The notes: generated from the letters alone by a model not told the origin. A stretch of 64,000 nt of DNA from an uncultured Gemmatimonadales bacterium (GCA_963771275.1 CAVYSW010000010.1:96001-160000), one strand, 5' to 3'; shown: positions 1 to 11,243, numbered from the stretch's first letter. Made by a program: numbers and translations.

Positions 1-2070
1 CGTATCGCCGTACAGCCGCGGCTTGACCTGTTCCACATACCAGTCCGCCAGATCGTCCCAGACAAAGTGGTAGATGCCGGTCGCGGCGTCACTCAGGCGG
101 AAGTCGCCCAGCATCGCGGTCGTCTCGGCCACGGCGCGCTGGCAGCGCGACAGGATCCACCGGTCCGCCAACTCGAGCCGCGCCGGATCGACGTCGCCGA
201 GCCGCGGCGTCGCGTCGTCGAGGCTCGCGAGGATGAAGCGGCCGATGTTCCACACCTTGTTGGCGAAGTTGCGCCCGGCCGCGAAGCTCGTCTCGAGGTC
301 GCTCGGGTCGAGCATCACGTCACTGCCGACCGCCGAGCCCGCCAGCACCGTGTAGCGCAGCGCGTCCGCGCCGAACCGCCGCACCACCTCCAGCGGATCG
401 ATGCCATTCCCCAGCGACTTGGACATCTTGCGATGCTGTGTGTCGCGCACGACGCCGTGCAAAAACACCGTGTCGAACGGCCGCTCGCCGAGGAAATGGT
501 AGCCCGCCATCACCATCCGGGAGACCCAGAAGAAGATGATGTCCGGTGCCGTGACCAGGGTGTGGCCGGGGTAGAACCGGGCGAGATCGGCGGTGCGCTC
601 CGGCCAGCCGAGCGTCGCGAACGGCCAGAGCCATGACGAGAACCACGTGTCGAGCACGTCCTCGTCCTGGCGGACCGGGCCGCCACAGCGACCGCACGCC
701 GTCACGTCGGTCTCCGCGACCGTGATGTGGTCGCAGCCCTCGCGCGTGCAGTACCACGCCGGGATGCGATGGCCCCACCACAGCTGCCGCGAGATGTTCC
801 AGTCCCGGAGCTCCACGAGCCAGCGCTCGTAGACCGGGCCCCAGCGCTCGGGCACGAACCTGAGCCCGCCGGCGCGATACGCCTCGAGGGCCGGCGCCGC
901 GAGCGGCTGCATCCGCACGAACCACTGGTCGGAGAGGCGCGGCTCGACGACGGTCTGGCAGCGGTAGCAGTGGCGGACCGCGTGCCGGTGCGGTTCGACC
1001 TTGACCAGCTGGCCGTTGGCCGCGAGCAGCGCCACGATCCGGTCCCGGGCCGCGAACCGGTCCACCCCCTGCAGTGCCACGGGCACCCGCTCGACGCCGG
1101 CCATGCGGCCGTCGGGCTCCATGATGACGGGCATCGCGCCGTCGGGATCCAGGGCGCGGGCGATCTCGAAGTCGTTTGCGTCGTGCGCCGGCGTGATCTT
1201 GAGCATGCCCGTGCCGAACTCGCGCTCGACCGCCGAGTGGGTCCCGATCGGAATGCGAGTGGTGGTCAGCGGAATCTCGACCGATCGCCCGGCGAGCCCC
1301 GCGAAGCGGTCGTCGTCCGGGTGGTGCACCACCGCGATGTCGCCGAACATCGTCTCGGGGCGGGTGGTCGCGACCACCACTCCCTCCTCTGCCGCTCCTG
1401 CCGCTCCCGCCGCCTCTGCCGCCCCAGCGGCAGCAGGGGCGGGGATGAGGTCGTACCGGATGTAGTACAGCTTCCCGTCCGTGTCCGCGAACTCCGCCTC
1501 CTCGTCGGACAGCGACGTGTGGCAGCGCGGGCACCAGTGGATCACGCGGTGGCCGCGGTAGATCAACCCGTCGCGATGCAGCGCGACGAATACCAGGCGC
1601 ACCGCCGCCGAGTACTGGTCGTCGAGCGTGAACCGGGTGCGCGTCCAGTCGCACGACGCGCCCAGCGCCTTGAGCTGCTCGAGAATCGTGCCGCCCGTTT
1701 CCCGGACGTACTGCCACGTGCGCTCGACGAACGCGTCGCGGCCGAGCGCGTGCCGGTCGGTGCCCTCCCGGGCGATCAACCGCTCGACCACGTTCTGGGT
1801 CGCGATCCCGGCGTGGTCGGTCCCCGGCAGCCACAGGGTCCGGCGTCCGCGCATCCGGTGGAACCGGATCAGCGCGTCCTGGATCGTGTTGTTGAGCCCG
1901 TGGCCCATGTGCAGCCGGTCGGTGACGTTGGGCGGCGGGATCACGATGACGTACGGCGTCCCGGGCGCGCCCTCGGCGGGCGCGAACACGCCGGCCTCGA
2001 TCCAGCGGCGGTAGATCGCGGCCTCGATGGCGCTCGGGTCGAATTGCGGAGCGAGTTGTCGGCTGCGCAT
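1..2070 (-). CDS. valS: Valine--tRNA ligase (3' end runs off the window)
   Basis: Not in the ORF track because it has no stop in the window. Manual translation from ATG 2070 gives MRSRQLAPQFDP...VIPPPNVTDRLHMGH (HIGH), GTDHAGIATQ, VATTRPET, WNISRQLWWGHRIP and KMSKS (~416-430). Confidence 0.97.
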   Translation of the reverse strand, partial: MRSRQLAPQFDPSAIEAAIYRRWIEAGVFAPAEGAPGTPYVIVIPPPNVTDRLHMGHGLNNTIQDALIRFHRMRGRRTLWLPGTDHAGIATQNVVERLIAREGTDRHALGRDAFVERTWQYVRETGGTILEQLKALGASCDWTRTRFTLDDQYSAAVRLVFVALHRDGLIYRGHRVIHWCPRCHTSLSDEEAEFADTDGKLYYIRYDLIPAPAAAGAAEAAGAAGAAEEGVVVATTRPETMFGDIAVVHHPDDDRFAGLAGRSVEIPLTTTRIPIGTHSAVEREFGTGMLKITPAHDANDFEIARALDPDGAMPVIMEPDGRMAGVERVPVALQGVDRFAARDRIVALLAANGQLVKVEPHRHAVRHCYRCQTVVEPRLSDQWFVRMQPLAAPALEAYRAGGLRFVPERWGPVYERWLVELRDWNISRQLWWGHRIPAWYCTREGCDHITVAETDVTACGRCGGPVRQDEDVLDTWFSSWLWPFATLGWPERTADLARFYPGHTLVTAPDIIFFWVSRMVMAGYHFLGERPFDTVFLHGVVRDTQHRKMSKSLGNGIDPLEVVRRFGADALRYTVLAGSAVGSDVMLDPSDLETSFAAGRNFANKVWNIGRFILASLDDATPRLGDVDPARLELADRWILSRCQRAVAETTAMLGDFRLSDAATGIYHFVWDDLADWYVEQVKPRLYGDT
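1387..1433. repeat. Four 9-bp tandem units plus an inverted copy inside valS
   Basis: CTCTGCCGC TCCTGCCGC TCCCGCCGC CTCTGCCGC, then ccca GCGGCAG; encodes part of PAPAAAGAAEAAGAAGAAEE. Confidence 0.7.
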
Positions 2071-2098
2071 CGGGTCGGACTCCGGGGCCGGCGGGGTG

Positions 2099-2530
2099 CT
2101 ACCCGCGGGCGGGTCCGGGCGGGACCGGGGTCCGGGGGAAGTCCGTGCCGCGGAGGAGGATGCGGTTCACCACCACGTCCGCCCCCGGGACGGCGCGGGC
2201 GATGTCGGCGGCGGCGCGGCGGACCAGCGCATCGGACGCCACGCCCGTGAGCTCGATCAGCCCCGGCCCGACCGCGTGCACCTCGAGATCGAGGTCGCGG
2301 GTCGCTTCGTCGTCGCGCAGTGCCGCGCGCACCGCGCGTTCGAGCTTCTCCGGCCTGGCGGACCGGTCGTGATTGCCCCGCAGGCGGCTCAGGGCGTCGC
2401 GCACGCGGTCGGCGTGCAGCGGCCCCACCGACCCGCCGAGCAGCATGCCGCCAAGCACCCCGAGCGCGAAGCCCACGGTCCCCATGAGGGCCAGGCTCAG
2501 GGCGCCCGGCCGCTCGTCACGCTGCGTCAC
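2099..2530 (-). CDS. Membrane-anchored BON-domain protein
   Basis: N-terminal hydrophobic helix, then LERAVRAAL...LEVHAVGPGLIELTG...ARAVPGADVVVNRI (BON pattern). Confidence 0.8.
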   Translation of the reverse strand: MTQRDERPGALSLALMGTVGFALGVLGGMLLGGSVGPLHADRVRDALSRLRGNHDRSARPEKLERAVRAALRDDEATRDLDLEVHAVGPGLIELTGVASDALVRRAAADIARAVPGADVVVNRILLRGTDFPRTPVPPGPARG

Positions 2531-2648
2531 GCATTCTCCTGTGGCATCCCCACTCGGGGGTGACTACAATTCCAGATCGTCGCGTCCAGAAGGATCGCCA
2601 AACACCCAGGCTAAAGCAACGGACGCGCATGGGATACGCTGAGGTGGA

Positions 2649-4604
2649 ATGCTGGTGGATATTCGGATCACACTGCCCGATGGAACGGAGCGCGCGGCGC
2701 CGAGTGGCACGACCGCGCGGGCGATCGCGGAACGGATCGGGCCGCGGCTCGCGCAGGCGGCGCTCGCCGCCCGGGTGAACGACGCGATCTGGGATCTCGA
2801 TCGTCCCCTGCGCGCGGACGCCCGGGTGGAGATCATCACCGAGCAGGACCCGGCGGCGCTCGAGGTGCTGCGCCATTCGGCCGCGCACGTGCTCGCGACG
2901 GCCGTCCGCCAGCTGTTCCCGGAGGCGAAGATCGGCTTCGGGCCGGCGATCGAGGACGGCTTCTACTACGACTTCGAGGTGCCGCGGCCGTTCACGCCGG
3001 ACGACCTCACGGCGATCGAGGCGCGGATGCGTGAAGTGGCCGCGGCCGACCACACGTTCGTCCGGGAAGAGGTGGACCGCGCCGAGGCCGGCCGCCGGTT
3101 CCGCGACGATCCGCTGAAGCTCGAGCGGCTGGCGGAGCTGGGCGACGACGAAGTCATCACCATCTACAGCGACGGCCCGTTCACCGACCTGTGCCGCGGG
3201 CCACACCTGCCGAGCACCGGCCGGCTGAAGCACTTCCACCTGCTGCACGCCGCCGGTGCCTACTGGCGCGGGGATTCCCGCCGGCAGATGCTGCAGCGCA
3301 TCTACGGCACCGCGTGGCTCACCAAAGCCGATCTCGACGCCTACCTGCACCGCCTCGCGGAAGCGGAGAAGCGCGATCATCGCGTCCTGGGACGCCAGCT
3401 CGACCTGTTCAGCATCCAGGAGGAGGTCGGCCCGGGGCTCGTCCTGTGGCACCCGCGCGGGGCGATGATCCAGTTCGAGCTCAGGCGCTTCATCGAGGAC
3501 GAGGTGCTGCGGCGCGGCTACCGGCTGGTCTACACGCCGCACGTCACGCGGGAAGACCTGTTCATCCGGTCGGGGCACCTGCCGCTGTACGCCCACAACC
3601 AGTTCCCGGCAATGGCGGCGGGCGAGGGCGAAGCGGAGCACGTGCGCTACCGCACCAAGCCGATGAACTGCCCGATGCACACGCTGATCTACGCGGCCCA
3701 GCAGCGGTCGTACCGCGACCTGCCGCTGCGCCTGGCCGAAGTGGCCAACGTGTACCGCAACGAGCTGTCCGGCACGCTGCATGGGCTGCTGCGCGTGCGG
3801 GGGCTCACGATGGACGACGCGCACATCTTCTGCCGCGAAGACCAGATCGAGGACGAGATCTACGACTTGCTCGACCTCACGGATCTCGTGCTCCACCGGA
3901 CGTTCGGCTTCGAGTACCGGCTCGATCTCGCGACCCGGCCCGCCAAGAAGATCGGTGACGACGCGGCGTGGGACGTGGCCGAGGCGGCCCTGCGGGGGGC
4001 GCTGGACCGGCGGGGCCTGCGCTACGGGATCGATGTGGGGGGCGGCGCGTTCTACGGGCCCAAGATCGACATCAAGCTCAAGGACGCGATCGGGCGCGAG
4101 TGGCAGGGCGCCACGATCCAGCTCGACTACCAGATGCCGGAGCGGTTCCAGCTCGAGTACACCGGGGCCGACAACCGGCCCCATCGTCCGGTGATGATCC
4201 ACCGCGCGATCTTCGGGACGCTGGAGCGGTTCGTCGGCTGCCTGATCGAGCACTTCGCCGGCGCGTTCCCGCTGTGGCTGGCGCCGGAGCAGGTGCGCGT
4301 CCTGCCGATCACCGACGTGCAGAACGAGGCCGCCCGCGCCGTCCACCGGCGGCTGCGCGCCGCCGGCGTGCGCGCCGAGATCGACGACCGGAACGACACG
4401 CTGAACTACCGGATCCGCGACGCGGAGCTGCTCAAGGTCCCCTACATGGCGGTGATCGGGCAGCGCGAGGTGGAGCAGGGGACCGTCGCCGTGCGCGTCC
4501 GGGGAGCGGGCAAGAAGCAGGACATCGTCGCCGTCGACGCGTTCCTCGCGCGCCTGACCGACGAGATCCACCGGCGCGCGCTCACGCTTGGCACATCCGC
4601 TTGA
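2649..4604 (+). CDS. thrS: Threonine--tRNA ligase
   Basis: TGS N-terminus, LRHSAAH, DLCRGPH, KPMNCP, GAFYGPKID and HRAIFG motifs; 651 aa. Confidence 0.98.
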   Translation: MLVDIRITLPDGTERAAPSGTTARAIAERIGPRLAQAALAARVNDAIWDLDRPLRADARVEIITEQDPAALEVLRHSAAHVLATAVRQLFPEAKIGFGPAIEDGFYYDFEVPRPFTPDDLTAIEARMREVAAADHTFVREEVDRAEAGRRFRDDPLKLERLAELGDDEVITIYSDGPFTDLCRGPHLPSTGRLKHFHLLHAAGAYWRGDSRRQMLQRIYGTAWLTKADLDAYLHRLAEAEKRDHRVLGRQLDLFSIQEEVGPGLVLWHPRGAMIQFELRRFIEDEVLRRGYRLVYTPHVTREDLFIRSGHLPLYAHNQFPAMAAGEGEAEHVRYRTKPMNCPMHTLIYAAQQRSYRDLPLRLAEVANVYRNELSGTLHGLLRVRGLTMDDAHIFCREDQIEDEIYDLLDLTDLVLHRTFGFEYRLDLATRPAKKIGDDAAWDVAEAALRGALDRRGLRYGIDVGGGAFYGPKIDIKLKDAIGREWQGATIQLDYQMPERFQLEYTGADNRPHRPVMIHRAIFGTLERFVGCLIEHFAGAFPLWLAPEQVRVLPITDVQNEAARAVHRRLRAAGVRAEIDDRNDTLNYRIRDAELLKVPYMAVIGQREVEQGTVAVRVRGAGKKQDIVAVDAFLARLTDEIHRRALTLGTSA

Positions 4605-4708
4605 GGGGATCCGCCCCGCGGCATAGCTTTCGGCACCACCATCCAGGCGATGCCGCGTGAGCGCGCCGCGGCCGCCACAGTCCCTCACCTGAGCGGCAGG
4701 ATGCAGCT

Positions 4709-5896
4709 GTGACCGATACATCCCGCGTACCCGTCATCGTCAGCGCCACGCGTACTCCCATCGGCAAGTTCCTCGGCGGTCTCGCCCCACTCACCGCCCC
4801 GCGGCTCGGCGCCGTCGTCATCCGCGAGGCCGTGAAGCGGGCGGGCATCGAGCCCGGGGTCATCGACGAAGTCATCATGGGGCTCGTCGTCCAGGGCGGG
4901 GTCGGCCAGGCGCCGGCGCGCCAGGCCGCGATCTTCGCCGGCATCCCGGGCACCGTCCCCGCCATGACGATCAACAAGGTCTGCGGGTCGGGCCTCAAGG
5001 CGGTGATGCTCGCGGCCCAGGCGATCAAGGCGGGCGACGCCCAATGCGTCGTGGCCGGCGGCATGGAGTCCATGTCGAACGCGCCATTCTACCTGTTCGG
5101 CATCCGGGGCGGCGTGAAGTTCGGCAACCAGAACCTGGTGGACGGCCTGGTCCACGACGGCCTGTGGTGCGCCTTCGGGAACTGCCACATGGGCAGCCAC
5201 GCCGAGTACACGGCCGTGAAGGCGGGCATCACCCGCGAGGAGCAGGATCGCTTCGCCCTCGAGAGTCATCGCAAGGCCGTGGCCGCGATGGACGCCGGGA
5301 AGTTCACGGCGGAGATCGTGCCGGTGGAGATTCCGGGGAAGACCGTCACCGTGGTGTCGGCCGACGAGTGCCCGCGCCGCGACTCGACGCCCGAGGGGCT
5401 CGCCAAGCTCAAGCCCGCCTTCCAGAAGGACGGGTCGGTCACGGCGGGCAATGCGCCCGGCCTGAACGACGGGGCGAGCGCGCTGGTGGTGACCTCCGAG
5501 GCGTTCGCCAAGGCGCACGGACTGAAGGTGCTGGCCCGCATCACGGCGTACGCCGCCGGCGGCGGGGAGCCCAAGGACCTGTTCTTCGCGCCGATCGTGG
5601 CGGTCACCAACCTGATGAAGCAGGCGGGAACCAAGATCGGCGCCTACGACCTGATCGAGGCGAACGAAGCGTTCGCGGTGCAGGCGCTGGCCGACGGCCA
5701 GGCACTCGGCTGGGACTGGAGCCGGGTGAACGTCCATGGTGGCGCGGTGGCCCTTGGTCACCCGATCGGCGGGAGCGGCGCGCGGATCCTCACCACGCTG
5801 CTCTACGCGCTCGCCGATCGCGGCAAGAGCCGGGGCCTGGCGACCCTGTGTCTCGGTGGCGGCAACGCGGTGGCCCTCAGCGTGGAGCGGGTGTGA
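4709..5896 (+). CDS. Acetyl-CoA C-acetyltransferase (thiolase)
   Basis: INKVCGSG, NEAFA, GHPIGGSG and LCLGGG thiolase motifs. Confidence 0.96.
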   Translation: MTDTSRVPVIVSATRTPIGKFLGGLAPLTAPRLGAVVIREAVKRAGIEPGVIDEVIMGLVVQGGVGQAPARQAAIFAGIPGTVPAMTINKVCGSGLKAVMLAAQAIKAGDAQCVVAGGMESMSNAPFYLFGIRGGVKFGNQNLVDGLVHDGLWCAFGNCHMGSHAEYTAVKAGITREEQDRFALESHRKAVAAMDAGKFTAEIVPVEIPGKTVTVVSADECPRRDSTPEGLAKLKPAFQKDGSVTAGNAPGLNDGASALVVTSEAFAKAHGLKVLARITAYAAGGGEPKDLFFAPIVAVTNLMKQAGTKIGAYDLIEANEAFAVQALADGQALGWDWSRVNVHGGAVALGHPIGGSGARILTTLLYALADRGKSRGLATLCLGGGNAVALSVERV

Positions 5897-6468
5897 TGCG
5901 CGACGCTCGAACGATCGACGTGCGGTGGGTGGCATCCGGCGCGGCGCGCCGGACCCTCGCGCTGGTGGCGGGCACGCTGCTCGTGGCCCTCGGTGCGCAG
6001 GTGGCGGTGCCCGTTCCCGGGACGCCGGTCCCGATCACGCTGCAGGTGGGGGCCGTGCTGGTGGTGGGCGGCCTGCTGGGGCCCGCGCTCGGGGCGGGAA
6101 GCCTCGCCCTGTACCTGGTACTCGGCGCGGCGGGACTGCCGGTGTTCGCGCCTGCGGGCCTGCCCGGCTTCGCGCGGCTGTTCGGCCCCACGGGAGGATA
6201 CCTCCTGGCGTTGCCGCTCGGCGCGGCCGTGGCGGGGATCGCCGCGCTGCCCCCCCGCCGCTGGGGCCGGCTCGTGGCCGGCCTCGCGCTCGCGGTGCTC
6301 CTGATCCACGCCGGCGGGGTCGCGCAGCTCGCGATGCTCGGCGGTGACCTGAGGATCGCGTGGCGGCTGGGCTCGCTGCCCTTTCTCGTGGGGGACCTCG
6401 CGAAGCTGATCGTCGCGGCGGTGGTGATCGGACGGCTGGGTCAGCCGGTCCGGCGCGCGCTCCTCTGA
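5896..6468 (+). CDS. bioY: Biotin transporter BioY
   Basis: ATG overlaps the thiolase stop (TGATG); [26 protein letters not shown] and PFLVGDLAK signatures. Confidence 0.92.
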   Translation: MRDARTIDVRWVASGAARRTLALVAGTLLVALGAQVAVPVPGTPVPITLQVGAVLVVGGLLGPALGAGSLALYLVLGAAGLPVFAPAGLPGFARLFGPTGGYLLALPLGAAVAGIAALPPRRWGRLVAGLALAVLLIHAGGVAQLAMLGGDLRIAWRLGSLPFLVGDLAKLIVAAVVIGRLGQPVRRALL

Positions 6469-7343
6469 GGGCGCGCGCTTCGTTTTGGGCGCGGCTGCGC
6501 GACACCGCGTGGGCCGTGCTCGCCGTGGTCACGTTCGCCGCGGCATGGCTGGCGCTCGCGCTGCTCGCCCGCAACGCACAGACGGCGCTGGTCGGGCCGC
6601 ACGACTGGTGGGCGCGGACGGGTCGCGGGCTGCTCGCGGAAGCGGTCCCGCCACTGGTCGCGGCGATCGCCATGTACGCGGGCGTCGTGTGGCTCACCTC
6701 GTGGGGTCTCGGCCGGCTGCGCGTGCCCCGCGGGCGCGCGGCGGCGCGCGGGCTGGCGCTGGGCATGGCGTGGGGTGTGGGGCTCGCACTGGCCGTGCTC
6801 GGGCTCAGTCTTGCGGGGGGCGCGCGCCTGATGCTGCAGGCCGGCGCCGGGGAGAGCTACCTCGCCGTGGCGTTCCCGGTGGCGGCCGGCCTCGCCGCCG
6901 CGGCGCTGCTGGAAGAGCTGCTGTTTCGCGGGTTCCCGCTGGCGCGGCTCGCCGCGGCGCTCGGGCCGCGGACCGCGAGCCTGCTGCTCGCGGCCGGGTT
7001 CGTGGTGGCGCATCTCGGCAACCCGGCCCTGTCGTGGCTCGGTCTCGCGAACATCGGGCTCGCGTCCCTGCTGCTGAGCGCGGTGTTTTTCTCCCCGGCG
7101 GGGCTGCCCGGCGCGGTCGGCCTGCACTGCGGGTGGAACGCGGGGCTCGCGCTCGCCGCGGACGCGCCGGTGAGCGGCCTGCGGTTCGGCCTGCCGACCC
7201 TGGAGTACGCGCCGGGCGCGCACGGCTGGCTGACGGGCGGCCCATTTGGTCCCGAGGGCGGGATCATGGCGACCGCGGTCATGGGGCTGGCACTGTGGTG
7301 GTGGGTTCAACGGGTGGAACGCGGCACGGAGGTGACGGCGTGA
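6360..7343 (+). CDS. CPBP (CAAX/Abi) intramembrane metalloprotease; true start probably downstream (~6470-6520)
   Basis: Multiple TM helices; [13 protein letters not shown] and LHCGWN motifs; [11 protein letters not shown] tail. Confidence 0.85.
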   Translation: MAAGLAALSRGGPREADRRGGGDRTAGSAGPARAPLRARASFWARLRDTAWAVLAVVTFAAAWLALALLARNAQTALVGPHDWWARTGRGLLAEAVPPLVAAIAMYAGVVWLTSWGLGRLRVPRGRAAARGLALGMAWGVGLALAVLGLSLAGGARLMLQAGAGESYLAVAFPVAAGLAAAALLEELLFRGFPLARLAAALGPRTASLLLAAGFVVAHLGNPALSWLGLANIGLASLLLSAVFFSPAGLPGAVGLHCGWNAGLALAADAPVSGLRFGLPTLEYAPGAHGWLTGGPFGPEGGIMATAVMGLALWWWVQRVERGTEVTA

Positions 7344-8188
7344 AACGCATAGCGGTGATCGGCGCGGGAACGATGGGCAACGGTATCGCCCACGTCTTCG
7401 CACAGCATGGAACGCAGGTGGCCCTGGTGGACGTGGACCAGCGGCTGCTGGACAAGGCGATGGCGACGATTCGCGGCAACATGGATCGCCAGGTCAAGAA
7501 ACAGGCGCTCACCGAGGCCGATCGGGACGCGGCCCTCGGGCGCATTCAGCCGGCGACCGCGCTGGACGCGGCCGCTCAGGCGGAGCTGGTGATCGAGGCG
7601 GCGAGCGAGGCGACGGCCCTCAAGCTGGATCTGTTCCGCCGGCTGGACGGGATCGCGGCGCCGGGGGTGATCCTCGCCACGAACACGTCGTCCATCTCCA
7701 TCACCCTGCTCGCCGCCCAGACGAAGCGGCCCGACCGGGTGATCGGGATGCACTTCATGAACCCGGTCCCGATGATGCAGCTCGTCGAGGTGATTCGCGG
7801 TGTCGCGACGTCCGACGAGACCGCGGGGGTGGTCATGGAGACCGCCCGCGCGCTGGGGAAGACCCCGGTCGAGGTGCATGACTACCCCGGGTTCGTGGCC
7901 AACCGGGTCCTCATGCCGATGATCAACGAGGCCGTGTTCTGCGTCATGGAGGGCGTGGCGGCGCCCGACGCGGTGGACACGGTGATGAAGCTCGGCATGA
8001 ACCACCCGCTGGGCCCGCTCGCGCTGGCCGATCTCATCGGCTTGGACGTGTGCCTGGCGATTCTCGAGGTGCTGCACCGCGGCCTGGGGGACGACAAGTA
8101 CCGACCGTGCCCGCTGCTCAAGAACATGGTGGCCGCCGGCCGGCTGGGCCGGAAGAGCGGCCGCGGCTTCTACGATTACGGGAAGTGA
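7340..8188 (+). CDS. hbd: 3-hydroxybutyryl-CoA dehydrogenase
   Basis: GTG at 7340 overlaps the upstream stop; [28 protein letters not shown] and [10 protein letters not shown]. Confidence 0.95.
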   Translation: MKRIAVIGAGTMGNGIAHVFAQHGTQVALVDVDQRLLDKAMATIRGNMDRQVKKQALTEADRDAALGRIQPATALDAAAQAELVIEAASEATALKLDLFRRLDGIAAPGVILATNTSSISITLLAAQTKRPDRVIGMHFMNPVPMMQLVEVIRGVATSDETAGVVMETARALGKTPVEVHDYPGFVANRVLMPMINEAVFCVMEGVAAPDAVDTVMKLGMNHPLGPLALADLIGLDVCLAILEVLHRGLGDDKYRPCPLLKNMVAAGRLGRKSGRGFYDYGK

Positions 8189-8195
8189 ACGATTC

Positions 8196-9317
8196 GTGGG
8201 GACGAAACGCCGGGTGCCGGTCCGACGGGGTGTGCAGGCGGCTCAGCCGAGCACGGGAGGCGCGTTCGCGCTGATCGCCGCGCACGGACACGAGCAGGTG
8301 AGCCACTGGTATGACCCGACGTCGGGGTACCGCGGCATCATCGCGATCCACAGCACGGCGCTGGGACCGGCCCTCGGCGGCACCCGATTCTGGAACTACG
8401 CGAGCGACGCCGAGGCGTTGGTCGACGTGCTGCGCCTGTCGCGCGGCATGACGTACAAGGCCGCGGCGGCGGGGCTCGATCTGGGGGGTGGCAAGGCGGT
8501 GATGCTGGGCGATCCGTCCACCCGCGATCGTGAGGCGATCTTCCGGGCGCACGGGCGGCATGTGGAGTCGCTGGGCGGGCGCTACCTCACCGCCGAGGAC
8601 GTCGGCACCAGCCCCGCCGACATGGCGTACGTCGTGCAGGAAACCCGACACGTCACCGGTCTCCCGGGCCGGTCGGGCGACCCGTCGCCGCTCACCGCCT
8701 TCGGCGTGTTCCGGGCGATGCAGGCCGGCGCCAGGTTCGTGTGGGGCCGTGACGGGCTCGCCGGCAGGACGGTGGCGGTGCAGGGGGTGGGCCACGTCGG
8801 CTACGAGCTGTGCGAGCTGCTGCAGCGCGACGGCGCGAAGCTCGTCGTGAGCGACCGGGACGCGGAACGCGTGAAGCGGGCGGTGGCGGCCTTCGGGGCC
8901 AAGGCGGTCGCGGCGGATGCGATCTACGCGGTGCCGGCGGACGTGTTCGCGCCGTGCGCGCTCGGCGCCGTGATCGACGACGCCACGCTCGACGTGCTGC
9001 GCGTGGCGCTGGTCTGTGGCGCGGCCAACAACGTGCTCGCCGACGAGCGGCACGGCGAGCTGCTCGAGCGGCGCGGCATCGTGTACGTGCCCGACTACGT
9101 GGCCAACGCCGGGGGCATCATCAGCATCTATCAGGAGGTCGCCGGCTGGACCGCCGAGCGGTCGCGCGCCAAGGCCTCCGACATCTACGATACCGTCCTG
9201 CGCGTGCTCCAGATCGCGCGCGACGAGCATATTCCTTCTTACAGGGCCGCGGACCGGCTGGCGCAGCAGCGGCTGGCCGCGGCGGAGAAGGCCAAGGGCC
9301 TTCCGCACCGGGCTTGA
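8196..9317 (+). CDS. Leu/Phe/Val (ELFV family) amino-acid dehydrogenase
   Basis: [38 protein letters not shown] and PDYVANAGG; start uncertain. Confidence 0.93.
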   Translation: MGTKRRVPVRRGVQAAQPSTGGAFALIAAHGHEQVSHWYDPTSGYRGIIAIHSTALGPALGGTRFWNYASDAEALVDVLRLSRGMTYKAAAAGLDLGGGKAVMLGDPSTRDREAIFRAHGRHVESLGGRYLTAEDVGTSPADMAYVVQETRHVTGLPGRSGDPSPLTAFGVFRAMQAGARFVWGRDGLAGRTVAVQGVGHVGYELCELLQRDGAKLVVSDRDAERVKRAVAAFGAKAVAADAIYAVPADVFAPCALGAVIDDATLDVLRVALVCGAANNVLADERHGELLERRGIVYVPDYVANAGGIISIYQEVAGWTAERSRAKASDIYDTVLRVLQIARDEHIPSYRAADRLAQQRLAAAEKAKGLPHRA

Positions 9318-9321
9318 GACT

Positions 9322-10587
9322 ATGATGACGCATCAGATGCCGCTGCAACAGGCGGACCCGCAGGTCCACGCGCTGATCCGCCGTGAGGTCCAGCGGCAGG
9401 AGGAAGGGCTGGAGCTGATCGCCAGCGAGAACTTCGCGTCCAGCGCGGTGCTGGAGGCGATGGGCAGCGCGCTGACCAACAAGTACGCCGAGGGCTACCC
9501 GGGCAGGCGGTATTACGGCGGCTGCGAGATCGTGGATCAGATCGAGCAGCTGGCCATTGAGCGGGCGTGCAAGCTGTTCGCGGCCGAGCACGCGAACGTG
9601 CAGCCGCACAGCGGGGCGCAGGCCAACCTCGCGGCGTACTTCGCCATCCTCAAGCCCGGCGACAAGATCATGGGGATGGCGCTGACGCACGGCGGACACC
9701 TGACGCACGGCTCGCCGGTCAACCTGAGCGGCCAGCTATTCGCCGTGTCGCAGTACGGGGTCGACGAGACGACGGGCCTGCTGGACATGGACCGCGTGCG
9801 CGAGGCGGCGCGGGCGTTCCGGCCCAAGCTGATCATCGCGGGCGCGAGCGCCTATCCCCGGGTGATCGACTTCGCGGCGTTCGCCGCCGTCTGCCGGGAA
9901 GTGGAGGCGGTGCTGCTGGTCGACATGGCGCACTACGCGGGCCTGATCGCGGCCGGCGTGTACCCGTCGCCGGTACCGCACGCCGAGATCGTGACGAGCA
10001 CGACCCACAAGACGCTGCGCGGCCCGCGCGGTGGGTTCACGCTCTGCAAGCAGCCGTTCGCCAAAGCGATCGACAAGGAGGTGTTCCCCGGCACGCAGGG
10101 CGGCCCGCTCGAGCACGTGATCGCCGCCAAGGCCGTGGCGTTCGGCGAGGCGCTGCGCCCCGCGTTCAAGGAGTACGCGGCGCAGGTCGTGCGGAACGCG
10201 CGCGCGCTGGGGGAGGCCTTGGTCGAGCGCGGCTTCACGCTCGTCTCCGGCGGCACGGACTGCCACCTGCTGCTGGTCGACCTGCGCGCCAAGGGGCTCA
10301 CCGGCAAGGCCGCCCAGCATGTGCTCGATTCCGTGGGCCTCCACGTCAACAAGAACACCATCCCCGGGGATCCCGAGTCGCCGTTCGTGACGAGCGGCAT
10401 CCGCATCGGCTCCGCCGCGCTCACCACCCGCGGCATGGGCGAAGCGGAGATGCGGCGGGTCGCCGAGCTGCTTGACACGGCGCTCGCGGCGGGGGGCAAC
10501 GAGGCGGCGCTCCGGCAGGTGCACCGGGGCGTCAGGGAGCTGGCGGCCGCCTTCCCGCTTGCCGGGGTTCCGGTGGCGGTCGCGTAG
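9322..10587 (+). CDS. glyA: Serine hydroxymethyltransferase
   Basis: [29 protein letters not shown] and [12 protein letters not shown] (PLP lysine). Confidence 0.98.
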   Translation: MMTHQMPLQQADPQVHALIRREVQRQEEGLELIASENFASSAVLEAMGSALTNKYAEGYPGRRYYGGCEIVDQIEQLAIERACKLFAAEHANVQPHSGAQANLAAYFAILKPGDKIMGMALTHGGHLTHGSPVNLSGQLFAVSQYGVDETTGLLDMDRVREAARAFRPKLIIAGASAYPRVIDFAAFAAVCREVEAVLLVDMAHYAGLIAAGVYPSPVPHAEIVTSTTHKTLRGPRGGFTLCKQPFAKAIDKEVFPGTQGGPLEHVIAAKAVAFGEALRPAFKEYAAQVVRNARALGEALVERGFTLVSGGTDCHLLLVDLRAKGLTGKAAQHVLDSVGLHVNKNTIPGDPESPFVTSGIRIGSAALTTRGMGEAEMRRVAELLDTALAAGGNEAALRQVHRGVRELAAAFPLAGVPVAVA

Positions 10588-10629
10588 CCCGCTCTTGCTC
10601 GGCGTCCCGGACTGTCCCACCTTACTACC

Positions 10630-11028
10630 GTGAGCGACCTCGGGCTGGTTGAGAATCTCCTCGAGCGCCTGGCCGGCGGGGAGCAGCGGTATCACCCGCA
10701 GGCGTATGCGTTCGTGCTCGCGGCCCTGGAGTTCTGCCAGGTGCGGCGGCCGGCGCGCGGCCACCTCGGCGGCGACGAGCTCGCGTGGGGCTGCCGCGAT
10801 TTCGCCCAGGCCCAGTTCGGGCTCACCGCCCGCACCGTGCTGTCCCACTGGGGCGTCCACACCACCAGCGACATCGGCCGGATCGTCTACCAGTTGATCG
10901 ACGCCGGCCTGCTGATCAGCCAGCCGCAGGATCGCCTGGAGGACTTCGAGAACGTGTTCGACTTTGCCGAGGCCTTCGAGCGGGCCTATCCGTGGGCGGG
11001 CGTTCGGCGGGGCGGCGCGGGCGGCTAG
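10630..11028 (+). CDS. Conserved hypothetical protein resembling the Minf_1886 family
   Basis: RYHPQAYAFVLAAL...GH..G.EL...FG..ARTVL..WG..TT.DIG.IVY.L...EDF pattern, recognised by eye. Confidence 0.75.
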   Translation: MSDLGLVENLLERLAGGEQRYHPQAYAFVLAALEFCQVRRPARGHLGGDELAWGCRDFAQAQFGLTARTVLSHWGVHTTSDIGRIVYQLIDAGLLISQPQDRLEDFENVFDFAEAFERAYPWAGVRRGGAGG

Positions 11029-11048
11029 GCGCGCGAAGGGGGGGCAGC

Positions 11049-11243
11049 ATGGAAGCGAAGGATTGGCCGGCGTGCCAGAAGTGTGAGCGTGGGGTGCTGG
11101 TGCCCCTGTCCGACTACGGGCGCGACGGCGCGCCGATCACCTACAAGGCGTGGGTGTGCACGAGCCCCGACTGCGGCTTCAACCTGCGGATCGACAACGG
11201 CGAGATCTCCATCGGGCGCGCCATCGGGCAGAGCTTCAAGTAG
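11049..11243 (+). CDS. Small 64-aa zinc-ribbon-like protein
   Basis: G-rich RBS then ATG; MEAKDWPACQKC...WVCTSPDCGF (CxxC plus CxxxxC); strong codon bias. Confidence 0.8.
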   Translation: MEAKDWPACQKCERGVLVPLSDYGRDGAPITYKAWVCTSPDCGFNLRIDNGEISIGRAIGQSFK

